NCBI RefSeq assembly: GCF_009914755.1
Contig: NC_060948.1
DNA from: the human T2T-CHM13v2.0 reference genome, Homo sapiens
Length of the DNA: 64,000 nt
Direction: 5' to 3' (one strand)
How positions within the stretch are numbered: the first letter of the stretch is position 1; each line of letters opens with the position of its first letter. Positions 1-12,718 of the stretch are shown here, piece after piece. A program made the translations under genes and the position numbers. The notes beneath the pieces are model-generated. The model was not told the DNA's origin. It saw only the letters and a list, made by a program, of their open reading frames with translations, and did not search any database.

Positions 1-175
1 AGCATGACCTCTGTAATAGTTTTATTGAAATGCTCAGTCTGAATTGAATCGTGGTGAAACAATTAGGTGTATCCATGTTGTAGGAATTCTAAAAAGTAAC
101 TGCCCTGGACTCTTCAAGATGCCAAAAGACACGTACATGTGGAGGAACTATTTCTAATAAAAGGAGCCTAACAAC

Positions 176-536
176 TGTCTTAGTCCATTTGGGCCACTCT
201 AACAAAATACCAGAAACTGGGTGGTCTATAAATAACAGATATTTGTTTCTCAAAGTTCTAGAGACTGGAAAGCACAAGACTAAAGCTCCAGCATATTTAG
301 CGTTTGGTGAGGTTCCACTTTCTGGTTGATAGACGGCACCATCTAGTTGTGTTCTCACATAGTGAAAGGAGCAAATGAACTCTCTTAGGCCTTTTACAAG
401 CTTTTACACTAAAAGCACATGCGAGCTCTGACCTCATGACCTAATCACCTCCCAAAAGGCTCCACTTCCTAATACAATCACTTTGTGGGTTAGGATTTCA
501 TCCTATTTGGGGGAGACAAACATTCAGAACAAAGCA
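176..536 (-). mobile_element. MaLR solo LTR (MLT1A/MLT1B-like)
   Basis: Termini are tgtcttagtccatttggg ... aaacattcagaacaaagca. Internal 'ctcatgacctaatcacctcccaaa' is typical. Flanks acaac/aaaac are a degenerate 5-bp TSD. Confidence 0.8.
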
Positions 537-590
537 AAAACCAAGTGCAATGCCTGTTTATTGATTAGATTCTGGTTTGGGTGTGGGAGG

Positions 591-1947
591 TGACCAGGAC
601 TATTTTCTTGACCAAACTTTAATGAGGCTGATCTGAGCTTACTTCTCAACTAGGAAGCCTTGTCCTTGGGCTGAAAAGCCCAGCTTTAGCAAATAATTGT
701 GCTGAGTCAGCTTATTGATAATACCATTACCCTTGATACCTGTGGTATTATATATATACAGTGTGTGTGTATATATGTATTTTGTATGTGTGTGTGTATA
801 TATATATATAAAGATTTTTTGTTTATGGTTCCTGGCTCATAATTCCCATAACCCTTGCTATAATTTGGGGACATTTTATGCCTCAGTAGCAAGCCTCGGA
901 AAACAGATTCTGTCTTTCTGACCTTCCATTGCCCTCCCTCCACCTGCCCAAGGCAGGACTCTAGTCTAATTGTTGAGTCATAAGATCATTACTCCAGAGA
1001 GGGTCCTGCTTCATACCCTGGAGGAAGAAATGCTGCAAGAAGAGACCAGAGGAATCTGAAAAGACAGACCTTGCTGGGCTTCCCCACTCAGTCTATTAAT
1101 ATTAGATCAAAACCTTTTTGCCTAATTACATTTCTGCTTGGTTGTCACTCATGCCTATCCAATGAAGTCTCTATAAAAGGCCCAAGAGGACAGGGTTAGC
1201 AGAGCTCCCAGATAGCTGAACATATGGAGATTCCTGGGGGTGGTGCACCTGGGGAGGGCATGGAGGCTCAATGCCACTACCCACTATATCTTTCCCTATG
1301 TATCTCTTTGTGCCTATCCTTTGTAATATCCTTTATAATAAAATGGCAAACATAGATGTTTCCCTGAGTTCGGTGAGCTACCCTAGCAAATTAATCAAAC
1401 CCAAAGAGGAGATCCTGGGACCATCAACTTGAAGCTGATTAGTCAGAAGTTCCAGAGACTTGACTTGCTGCTGGTGTCTGAAGTGTGGGACAGTCTTGGG
1501 ATGGAGCAATCAACCTGTGGAACCTGATGCTATTTCCAGATAAATAGTGCAGGAATTGAATTGAAGGACACTCAGTTGGTGTCTGTTGCAGAACTGATGG
1601 CTTGCTTAAAATAGGAAGAACCACCCCTCAACCCATCGATATTTGGTCACAGAAGTCTTCTGTGTTTATTGTTGTGCTGAGAGAGCAGAGGAAAAACAGT
1701 TTGAGTTTTTTGCCACAATATCTCATCAAGTTTCTCTTCCCCTACCCTTGATATCTAATCAAATTCTTTTTAGTAATTTTCTATTCACTGACTCTCACCT
1801 TGCCCTTTGGCTGTGAATCCTCAGCTTCCCTTGCTGTATTTGAAGTTGAGCTCAGTTCTGTACTGAAATCTCTCCCGCTACTGCAATGGCTCAAATTAAA
1901 TATGTCTTGCCATTTTTAACAAATGTTCAGTACTATTTCCTTTTAAT
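591..1947 (+). mobile_element. ERV1 LTR (MER31/MER67-like), split by the MER21 LTR
   Basis: 'cttgaccaaacttta...cttctcaactagg...acccttgata' lies before 741. 'acccttgatatct...tagtaattttc...gaagttgagc...ttttaacaaatg' lies after 1717. Confidence 0.6.
741..1717 (+). mobile_element. MER21-type solo LTR
   Basis: tgtgg...ccaca termini. Diagnostic blocks include 'ccagagagggtcctgc', 'gatagctgaaca...gttcctgg', 'ctagcaaattaatcaaaccc' and 'ggtcacagaagtcttctgtg'. Flanks atacc/atatc. Confidence 0.8.
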
Positions 1948-2948
1948 GGGTGGAGGGCAGCTCTACAGAATATTTTTGTGAATTTGAAGAAATTTTAACA
2001 CATATTGTATTTTAAATGTGATTATTCTTTCAGTATTTTGGGTGTGGTAATGGTGTTTTGTGTGTCTTTATCTTAGGAGATACATGTTGAATATATATAT
2101 ATATAATTTTAAGATATCTGAAACATAATTTCAAATGATTTATCTCCCCTCACAAATGTGTCCGTGTGTGGGTGTGTGTGTGTGTATGAGTGTGTACATA
2201 GATAAAAATTATGGGAGCGCTCTCACTCTAGTATGCATCACTTGTCCTGTAGAATTGAAAATTTACAAAATAAACTGTTGAAGAAAACAATAGTCTCTTG
2301 AAAACTATTAATAGTTGTTTATTTCATGAGAAAAACTTACGAACAAGAAAAGAAGAGAAACTGGATGCTTTCTTTTCATTTTATATCTTATTCATAATGT
2401 TTAGATTTTAAAAATAGCATTCACATATAACTTACTTCATCAAATATAATATGGCATTGATTCTAAGATGAATTATCTTATATACTTTTAAGAAAAAATA
2501 TTCTGTCAAATAGACTATGACACAACAATTCAATGGTGATTGTGCATGACACAATGTTTTAATAATAATCCCACACTACACATGAATGGCTTATAATAAT
2601 ATCCTGTCATTGTAGTGGATTTTCTTTCATCTATTCCCAAGATATAAAAACTTATTTTGCCTTAAGATTCATTGCTTGTGGTGTGATTGGTAAACACTTT
2701 ACACATGTGTCTGTAATAAAATTTAACAGAGCTTCATTTACTTGTGTGTTTCTTTCTTTACTCTTTTAAGTAATCTGATTATTTCTTTGCAAGAAAAATG
2801 AAACTGAACTCTGTATTGGAAACTATACTTCTCCTTCAGATTAGATTTCAGGAATAAAGAATGTAATCACCCAGCTACTCAGAATTTTGCCACTAGAGAG
2901 TCCTCAGCCATAAGCTTTCTTCAGAATTGTCTTTGCTATAGACAGTTG

Positions 2949-3478
2949 CAACCTACACACTGGGAGAAAATATTTCCAAAACATATGTCTGGTGTGGGGT
3001 TAATATACAAAATTTGTAAGGAGCTAACACAACTTAGTAGCAAAAACAAAACAAAACAAAACAGAGACCTGATTTAAAAATGGGCAAAAGACCTGAATAA
3101 ATATTCCTCTATAGAAAAGACAAAAATGAGTATCAGTTATATGAGAAGGTGCCCAAAATCACTAATCATTAAGAAAATGCAAGTGAAACCCACAATGAGA
3201 TATAACTCCAACCTGCTAGGATGCCTATTATTAAAATATAAATGACAAATGCTGGAAAGGATGGGAGAAAAGAGAAATCTTGTACACTGTTGATGGGAAT
3301 GTAAATTAGTATAGCTATTATGGAAAACAGTATGGAGGTTCCTCAATAAAAATAAAACCATCATTTGATCCAACATTTCCAACTCTGAATATACATTTGA
3401 AGGAAATGAAATTACAATCTCTGGAAGAGATGTGCACCTCCATGTTCCTTGAAGCATTATTCACAATAGCCAAGATAC
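2949..3478 (+). mobile_element. L1MA/MB-like fragment (ORF2 C-terminal region)
   Basis: 'gggagaaaatattt', 'atgcaagtgaaacccacaatgagata' and 'catgttcctt...attcacaatagccaagata' match the end of L1 ORF2 in older families. Confidence 0.75.
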
Positions 3479-3499
3479 GTACATATATATATGATATAC

Positions 3500-3985
3500 A
3501 TGTGTGTACATGTACGTTTATTACAGCACTATTCACAATAGCAAAAACTTGGAACCAACCCAAATGTCCATCAATGATAGACTGCATTAAGAAAATGTGG
3601 CACACATACACCATGGAATACTATGCAGCCATAAAAAAGGATGAGTTCATGTCCTTTGCGGGGACATGGATGAAGCTGGAAACCATCATTCTCAGCAAAC
3701 TAACACAGGAACAGAAAACCAAACCGCATGTTCTCACTCATAGATGGGAATCGAACAATGAGAACACTTGGACACAGGGAGGGGAATATCACACATGGGG
3801 GCCTGTCGTGGGGTGGGGGTAGGGGGAGGGATAGCATTAAGAGAAATACCTGATATAAATGATGAGTTAATGGGTGCAGCACACCAACATGGCACATGTA
3901 TACATATGTAACAAACCTGCATGTTGTGCACATGTACCCTAGAAATTAAAGTATAATAATAAAAATAAATAAATAAATAAATAAA
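3500..3985 (+). mobile_element. 5'-truncated L1PA (L1PA5-7-like) 3' end with A-rich tail
   Basis: The translation [19 protein letters not shown]...MEYYAAIKKDEFMSFAGTWMKLE is present, followed by the G-rich 3' UTR, 'catgtaccctagaa' and an (AAAT)n tail. Confidence 0.92.
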
Positions 3986-4499
3986 CTGTAGCTTTTTTAA
4001 ACTCAGAAACTATATATATTCTCTTTCACTGTGTGGAAATGAGTGCAGAGTTCTGAAAAATAGATAATGATTATTCCCAGATGTTTACTCTTTCGTATGA
4101 AATTTAGAGTCATTTTATCCAATCTTTAACTTATTTAATATTGGATTTTAACTGGAATCTTTCACTTCAAGTTGTTCAATCAATTGGCTGGCAAGTTGGA
4201 GCTGACTCAGAGTTCAGCTGAGTCTGTGAGCCACGGACTTTGGTTCCTCAGTCCCTCCTTAAGCGGGTCTCCCTGCATGGCTGCATGGATTTTCTCATGG
4301 TAAGTTGCCTGGATTCTGTGAAAAAGAAACATGAGCAAAACAAACAAAAGTGTTATGGCTTATGCTTGAAAATCACAAATTGTCACATTTGACAATCAAA
4401 AGCAGAATCAAAGTTACATTGTAAAAAGATTGTAAGAAGAGATTGTGGCATATGGCCATTTCTGGATATACATTCCAACACACAGATTTAAGGTCAAAT

Positions 4500-5550
4500 T
4501 GGGTAAAACTCTCTTAAGATTCAACTAAAAAGTCAAATAATTTAGAATAGCCAAAAACACGGACATATAGAGGCATAGAAAAACTAAGAAGGAGCTTAGC
4601 GTTCAAACATACCAAAACAACATGGTACTGGCAAAAGTATGAATAAATAGATCATTAGGACAGAAAGAGAGCCCAGAGGTAGATCCTTGTATATAATATT
4701 CAACCATATATAAAGCATTATTTTATTCAAATAGTGAAAGATGTTTCATTCAATAAATGGAATTAGCACAAGTTGTTATGTATCTGGGAGTAAAAAAATA
4801 GAACTTCTATGGAATATCATATTCAGAAATAAATTCCAGATATATTAAATATGTAAATGTAAAATCTAAAGCAATAACATATTTCGATATTTTAAATTAT
4901 ATATACAACCAATAACCTGGGAGGGGAGAATTTTTTAAGACAGGAAACACAGAAGCTATAAAACAAAAGAAAGAAATGCTTGGCTATAAAAAATAATTTT
5001 TTTCTATGACAACAGATGCAATATAAAAAGTCAAAAGATAAATGATAAATCAGGAAAAATTGTATGCAAAATAGGGGACAGAACTTTTTTACTGAAAAGG
5101 TACACATTTTTCTAGTTAAAAAAAGACAAAAGGCTCAATAGAAAAATGAGAAAAATAGCAATAACTATTGCTCTCCTAGGTAAGCATTCCTGGTAAGGAT
5201 CTGTGAAAAATGATACTCTTATTCATTAGCAGTAGATTTATAAATTTTTATAATCCGTTTGAAAAGGTAAGCTTGTTAGAGCTATAAAAATTAAATGGAA
5301 ATATACCCTCATTCCTCTGCCACTCTTAATATACTTGGTTCTCCCTCCTTCCTCCCTTTTCTGTCTGTCAGTTCCTCCCTCCCTTTCTCTCTCCTTTTCC
5401 CCCTCTTTTTTGCTATATTCTCTCATTCGGTTGGTCTATTTCTCTTTATCTTTTCTCTTTCAGCAATTATACATCACGGAATCTATGTGATAGAAATACA
5501 TTCACATAAGGAAAAATGCAGCACTTTTCATATTCATAAAACACAGGAAG
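4500..5550 (+). mobile_element. Highly diverged L1ME-like ORF2 3' fragment
   Basis: 'tagaatagccaaaa', 'catggtactggcaaaag...aatagatca', 'ttcaataaatgg' and 'aaattccaga' occur in L1 order. Confidence 0.55.
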
Positions 5551-6563
5551 AAAACAATGTGATTTTTTTTCTAAGGTGGTGAATTGCAGGCAATGTTAGC
5601 ATGCCTCTCCCACTTGGAGAGACAAAATATGGCATAGAGATTCACACTATAAACGTTATTCCAAGAAGTAACACAGGAATTTAACTGGAAAACTGAAAGA
5701 AACCACAGACGCTTTGAAAGAAGCATCAGGCTGCAGCTTAGACTGTGAGCCAGGCAAAAAACTGCAAAGTCGCCAGAGTGTGAGAGGGAGACGACTGCCT
5801 CCAGGGTATACAGCCCCACTGGGGAACCTGACAATACAGCCCACAAGGGAAGGTCTTAATCCTACCCAGCACTGGAATTGATTTAGGGAGCAGCAGGGAA
5901 TATAAAAGTAGGAGCAGCAGCAGAAAGAGCCTTGTGGGCATTCCTTGTCTCCAGCACAGACCAAGGGAAGCCATTCCCAATTCTTTGTCACAGGGGACTT
6001 TTTGGAAGTCAGCTAGCTAACTCAGTCAGTGGTCACAGGTTGAGAAAAGCTTCCAACTAAAATACTTGCTATAATCTTGATTGGGGGCAAACTTCCTTGG
6101 CTGGAACCAGGAGACAAGCAGGAAGTGTACTGCAGCCATGAGTATAGGAGCTGGGTGTCCTGGCCTTGCAGGTGGACTGGGAGGGGTGTGGCCTGAAAGC
6201 TGAAGTTGCCGTCTCTGAAGGAAGGCTTATGGTTTGGTGCAACTTTGAGTTCTGAGCATAGACTGCCTGGAAATTAGCTATCTGCTGCTAGCAGAACACT
6301 GCATGTGTGAGACATGCATTGCCAAGTGTGTAGGAGATGGATGGGGCTTACAGCCACCTGCTACTCCCCACTCCCTGCATTAGCTTTTCTGTGCAGCAGG
6401 TGCAGCTATTCTTCTCCCTAAAAAAGTACTCCAGTGGCCAGAGAACCACCCTCCCTACCCCCAAAAAGGCTTCTGCCTGTCCTGTACGTGGAAAGCCAGA
6501 TCACAGACCTGCCTGACTCAGCCCCCATCTGGCTTTGTCCCTCCACCTGCCCTGGTAGCTTAA

Positions 6564-6573
6564 TACACACACA

Positions 6574-6614
<41 letters not shown>
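6564..6614. repeat. (CA)n microsatellite
   Basis: About 25 CA units with one interruption, inside the L1 5' UTR. Confidence 0.95.
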
Positions 6615-6617
<3 letters not shown>

Positions 6618-9600
6618 TTTGGGATGTCTGTAACCCGACCCACCACCTGAGAAACCAGAATACTTCCCTACGTAATATAAGGCAAGCCCAAATTTCAATG
6701 CTATTACCACAGCTGGGGCTTTTTTTCAAGTGCCACCCCCTGGCTGGAGGCCAACTGATACAGTCCATTACAGCACCTGCAGGTAGAATAACACTGCACC
6801 TAGGAAGGAGAAAACTTATGGATGACCTCAGCTATCACTATTGCCTGCACCATCCTGGCAGGAAGTCCTGAGTTTGTCCATATTACCAGTTCATTACTAC
6901 TAAAACTGGCATTTGAGGAAAAATCACACTAAGGCTAATTATAACCAAGAATCACAGAGTCTACACCACTCCCCTGCCACCCCTATCAGAGCTGGTGCTG
7001 GTAGTCAGCACTGGGAGACTTGAAGATGGTCACATCACTGGATATCTTGCAAACATTCCCCAGCACCAACCTAGAGTGTGACAGCCCAACTGGGTGGCTA
7101 AGCCCAGAGAAGCATCAGTATTCATAGTAACCTGGCTCTCAGGAACACCCCATGGGACAAAAGAATCCAGACAGCAGGACTTAAGTCTGCTTAAGAAGTT
7201 TCAGGAGAGGCACAGTTGTAGTCCTGGGCTCAGTGGGTAAAGCCTGTAACTCTATCCCAACAGTCAGGCAGCCCCTGTGATCATGAAGGGTCTTGTAGAA
7301 GGGAACTTCTTTTTCCTCATTCACCACTAAAGACACAGCTAGGGCTTCCCCCATGGTAGGTCAGTGTATGTGCATGTATGTGTAGACAGCCTTTGTGGAA
7401 CACTTCAGGGTGACTGCATGGCCAAAGGAGGAGCATCCTCCAGGTTCAGGCTTGCACAAGAACTAAAGCCACAGTGCCTCTCTACTTGGAAAATCAACAT
7501 TCTTGTAGATGTAAAGAGGTGGCTGTGTAATCTGAATAGCCGGAACACTAGGTCAGAAGTGTGTCTGTGAGGTGGATCACTTTGCTAGTGGCCTGAGAGG
7601 GGAGGTGAGTTTGCTCCAACCCTTCCCCCTGACAAGAACCCAATGCATTCTACTGAGAGCTTCCCGAGGCATGTCTGTCAGTGCTTGGATCTTTGCCCAC
7701 CATTACATATTTCAATTAGCTTTAGCCACAAACGGTTTCTACTCAGGGACACCACAGCTACTGGCCTGAAACCTGAACTATATAATGCAGTAAATGAAAT
7801 CCTAGGGGAAAAATGAATAGATGTACACCATGGGGGAATGAGATATGCTTCAAGAGACCTCTGTCATTCCAATCGCGTAGGAAACAGTGAACTTGCTCAA
7901 ACACTGAGCACATGGCTAATATAACCAGCACCATACAAAGACTCTGTAACCAAAAACCTCATACGGTCTTCATCCGTGAAAGCATAAAGAGCCAAATTAA
8001 GCTACAACAAACTAAAAGCATTAAAGTAATATAATTAAGACAAAAAGATTACATGAAGCACAGACAAATCAAAAATAAACTCAACAATAATGAGAAGAAA
8101 TACTAATAATATAATGTAATATAATAATTATAAAAATAATTATAAGACACATTTAGGGAATTACAAAATGCAGTGGAGAATATTAACTATGAACTAAAAC
8201 AAGTAGAAGAAAGAATTTCAGAGCACAAAAGCAAGGCTTTCAAATTAACCCAATTAGACAAAATTAAAGAAAAAAGGGTCAAAATAAATGAACAAAATCT
8301 TCAAGAAATATGGGATAATGCAAAAAGGCCAAAACTAAGAATAATTGGCATTCTTGAGGGAGAAGAGAAAGCAAAATGTTCAGAAAACTTATTTGAGGAA
8401 ATAATTGAGGAAAACTTTTTTTTAGCTTACTAGAGATTTACATATTCAAGCACAAGAAGCTTAAAGAACTCCTGGGAGACTGATTGCAAAAAGGACATCA
8501 TGAAGGCTTATAGTCATCAAGCCATCTAAAATCAACATAAAGGAAATAATTCAGAGAGCAGTGAGACAAAAGCATCAAGTAACCTATAAAGGAATACCTC
8601 TCAAATTAAAAGCAGTCTTCTCAGCAGAAACCATACAAGCCAGAAGGGACTGGGGTCTCATCATTAGTCTCCTTAAACAGAATAGCTGTAAGCCAAAAAT
8701 TTTGTGTTCAGCAAAACCAAGTTTCATAAATGAAGGATAAATAAAATCATTTTCAGACAAACAAATGCTGAAGGACTTGTCACTACCAAACTAGCCCTAC
8801 AAGAAATGTTAAAAGGGGTTCAAAATGTTGAAACGAAAGTTTGATATGCACCAGACTAGAACCTCCTGAAAGCATAAAACTCACAGGGCCTATAAAACAA
8901 TAACACAACGAAAAAAACATATCTAGGGAAAAATTAACATAATTACTAGAACAGTATCTCATATCTCAACATTGACATTTAATGTAAGTGGCCTAAATAC
9001 TCCACTTAAAAGGTAGAGATTGGCAGAATAGATTAAAAAAAAATCAAAACCAAATATCTGTCATCTTCAAGAGATTTACCTAACATGCAAGGATTTACAT
9101 AAAGTCACGATAAAGGGGTAGAAAGAGATACTCCATGCAAATAGAAATCAAAAGCAAGCAGGAATATCTATTTTTGTATCAGATAAAACAGACTTTAAAG
9201 GAACACAAGTAAAAAAAAAAGACATTATTATATAATGATAAAAAATCAATTTAACAAGAAAGTATTACAATCTTAAATTTATATGCACCTAACACTGGAG
9301 CACCCAGATTTATAAAACAATTACTACTAGACCTAAGAAAAGAGATAGACAGCAACACACTAATAGTGGAGGACAACAACACTCCGCTGACAGCACTACA
9401 CCGATCATTGAGACAGAAAGTCAACAAAGAAATAATGGGCTTAAACTATACTCTAGGACAAGTGGATCTAAAGATATTTACAGAACATTTTACCCAAGAA
9501 CTTCAGAACATACATTCTTCTCATCAGGACATGGAACATTCTCCAAGATAGACCAAATTATAGGCTACAAAGTAAGTATCAACACATTTTAAGAAATCAA

Positions 9601-9760
9601 ATAAATATCAAGTAACTTCTCAGACCACAGTGAAATTAAATTAGAAATCAATTCCAAAAAGACCCTCAAAATGGTAGAAATGCATGGAAATTAAACAATT
9701 TGCTCCTGAATGATTTTTAGGTTAACAATGAAAACAAAGTGAAGATTAAAATAAATGATA

Positions 9761-9925
9761 ATTAGCTGGCTGTGGTGGCATGCACCTGTAATGTCAACTG
9801 CTCCAGAGGCTGAGGTGGGAGAATCGCCTGAACCTGGGAGTCAGAAGTTGTGGTGAGCCAAGATCATGCCACTGCACTCTTGCCTAAGCAAAAGAGATTC
9901 CATCTCCAAAAATAAATAAATAAAT
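9761..9925 (+). mobile_element. 5'-truncated Alu (right arm only) inserted in L1 ORF2
   Basis: 'attagctgg...gaggctgaggtgggagaatcgc...gccactgcactc', an (AAAT)n tail, and a TSD aaataaatgataa on both sides. Confidence 0.88.
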
Positions 9926-11265
9926 AAATGATAAGAGTGACACTTAAAAAATTTTTTTAATGCCCACACTGTAAATAGTGACACAAGATCTCGAAATTTC
10001 CCAGAAACAGCAAAAGCAATGCTAAGGTGAAAATTTGAAGTGTTAAATGCCTACATCAAAAAGTTTAAAAGATCGCAAATTGACAACCAAATGTCACACA
10101 TTAAAAACTAGAGAAACAAGAGCAAACTAAACCCAAAGCTAGCAGAAGAGAAGAAACAACAAATATCAGAGAATAACTAAATGAATTTGAAACAAAAAAA
10201 TACAGATCAATAAAATAGAAAGTTGGTTCTTTTACAAAACAAATTTGATAGACCACTAGATAGATTAACCAAAAATAGAAGAATCAAATACCTTCAATTA
10301 GAAATAAAAATGAAGACATAACAACTGACACCACATAAATACGAAATATTATTTGAGACCATTCTGAACACCTTTATACATACAAACTAGAAAATCTAGA
10401 GAAAATGGAAAAACTCCTGAACATACAACCCTTCTAGATTAAATGAAGAAGAAATAGAAACCCTGTACAGATAAATAACAAGCAATGTGATGAAATCAGG
10501 AATTTAAAAATTGCCAAAAAAAACCAGTCCATTAGCAGATAAATTCATGGTTGAATTCCACCAGACATTCGGAGAAGAATTGGTACCAATCCTACTGAAA
10601 CTATTCCAAAAGATTGAGAAAGAAACAATTTTCCATGGCTTATTCTCTGAAGCTAGTATCACCCTGATACCTAAATCAGAAAAGGACAAAACAACAACAA
10701 AAAGGAAATCTACAGACTAATATTTCTGATGAACATAGATGCAAAAATCCTCAACAAAGTACTAGCTAATTGAATTCAACAGCACATCAAAAAGATAATA
10801 TACCAAGATCAAGTGGGTTTCATCCCAGGGATCCAATGATACTTTAATATATAAAAGTCAATAGATTTGATACATCAGATTAAAAAGAAATAAAAATATA
10901 AACCATATGATCAACTCAATAGAAGCAGAAAGACTTCAGTCAAATTCAGCATCTGTTTATAATAAAAACTCTGAACAAACCAAGCATAAAAGGGACTTAC
11001 CTCAAAATAATAAAGGCATATATGACAAAACTACAGCCAGATTCATACTCAATGGGGGAAACGTTCAAAGCATGAACAAACCAGACTGGAACAAAACAAG
11101 GATGCCCACTCTCACCACTTCTATTCAACAGACTACTGGAGTCTTAGCCAGAGCAATCAGACAAGAGAAAGAAATAAAGGGCATCCACATTGGATAAGAG
11201 GTAGTCAAACTATCAGTGTTTGTGAATAATATGACTGTATACATAGGAAACTCTAATGATTCCTT

Positions 11266-12718
11266 CAAAAGAAACTATTAATAGAGACAAAGAAGGACAT
11301 TATGTACATAATTATAACAAACTCAATTCAATAGGAAATTATAACAATTACAGACATATATGCACCAACATCAGATGTCCTAAATATATGGAGCATAGAT
11401 TGACCAGAATTGAGGGAAGAAATACACATCTCTACAGTAGTAATAGGAGACTTGGGTACCTCATTTACAATATTGTACAGAAAAACCACCCATAACTTCC
11501 ATAAAAAACTAGAAGACTCAAAGAAAAACTACTATTGGCCAATTGAAACTAACAGAGATATATAAAAATTCACTCAAAAATAGCAGCATACATTTTTTCT
11601 CAAGTGTTCAAGAAATAATACTGAGGATAAACAAAAAGAGAGTCTTAATAGATTTAAAAATATTTAAATTGTATTACGTATCTGTTTTGATCACAATGGA
11701 ATAGAACTAAATCAAAAGCAGAAAAAAATTGAAAATCTATAAATATTTAGAAATTAAACACAGTTTTAAACAACCAATGGAACAAAGAATAAATTATAAG
11801 GAAAATTAAAATATATCTTGAAATGAAAATAAAAACTCAACATATCAAAACTTATGGAATGCAGTGAAAGTAGTACTAAGAGGTGCATTTATATCTGAAA
11901 ATGCTTTTATTAAAAAATAAGATATCAAATCCATAGCCTGAATATATATCTCAAGGAACTAGAAGAAGAACAAACTAAACACAAAGCTAGCAGAGGAAAG
12001 GATATAATAACAATTAAAGCAGAAATAAATAATTGAAAAACAATCGAGAAAACTGATGAAACCAAGAACTGGTTCCTCAAATAGATCAGCAAAATTGACA
12101 AAACTTTAGCTATATTGACTAAGAAAAATATAAATGTCTCAAGTAACTGAAAACAGAAGTGAAAGCAGATAGTAAGACTGTTTTTATAGAAATAAAAAAG
12201 AGAACATAAATTTTTGTATGGTAAACTACATGAAATGAACAAATTCCTAGAAAACCACAAATATCAAAACTAAACTACTAAGAGATAGAAAATCACAAAA
12301 GACTTATTAGTAGTCAGGTGATGGCATCAATAATTACAAACATCTCAACAAGAAAAAGACCAGGAGAACATAATTTCACTGGTGAACTCTAGGAAACAAT
12401 TAAAACATTGACACTAACACCCTTTAAAATTTTCCAAAAATGGAAGTGTAGAGAGCACTTCTAAATGCATTCAGTTGGTCTAGCATTATCCCAATATCAA
12501 GGCCAGAAAAAGATACCATAAAATAAGAAAACTATAAACCAAATTTCTAATAAATACTGATGCAAAAGTCCACAATAACATAGTAGCTAACAGAATCCAA
12601 TAGCACACTAAAAAGATTATACATGTATACAGTTGACACTTGAACAACATGGAGGTTGTTCAAGATGTAACTGTATTCCTAGGTTAAAGGGAAGGTTCAA
12701 CATAGAAAAATGAACTAA
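11266..12718 (+). mobile_element. Older L1M ORF2 segment (EN to start of RT)
   Basis: Restarts at 'agagacaaagaaggacattat' (RDKEGHY, EN domain) and runs to 'ggttcaacata'. It is more diverged than the flanking L1P sequence. Confidence 0.75.
12630..12673. mobile_element. 44-bp Tigger2/MER8-like mini element consisting only of TIRs
   Basis: TA-cagttgacacttgaacaac-atggag-gttgttcaagatgtaactg-TA: 19-bp inverted arms with TA TSDs. The arms match the Tigger2-family TIR CAGTTGACCCTTGAACAAC as recalled. Confidence 0.75.

Larger units (their letters stand above)
1..2290 (+). mobile_element. Old L1MC-like 3'-end remnant, interrupted by three LTRs (pieces about 1-175, 537-585 and 1950-2290)
   Basis: The motif 'taactgccctggactcttcaa...gaggaactatttc...aaaggag' resumes as 'aagtgcaatg...gattagattctgg' after the MLT1A LTR and again after the MER31-like LTR. 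It resembles the L1MC4/5 3' end as recalled. Confidence 0.5.
5572..11265 (+). mobile_element. L1P4-type (L1PA15/16-like) 5' UTR, ORF1 and ORF2 up to the RT core; degenerate
   Basis: ORF1 remnant 8173-8433 (EQNLQEIWD..KRPKLRIIGI). EN domain from about 8940. RT remnants 10511-11260 ([16 protein letters not shown]-like; [14 protein letters not shown]). Many stops and frameshifts. Confidence 0.88.

Noticed and set aside
3500-3985. Local copy or gene conversion from the L1 3' end at 61910-62379 (both show 'gcaaaaactt' and 'cacatggggg')
   Set aside because: The copies differ at many sites, including 'ctaacacaggaa' versus 'ctatcacaagga' and 'atacatatg' versus 'atacctatg'. Independent insertions explain this better.
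6418-6871. ORFs with HT or CV dipeptide repeats (also 715-921 and 15574-15838)
   Set aside because: They are translation artefacts of (CA)n, (TG)n and (TA)n microsatellites.
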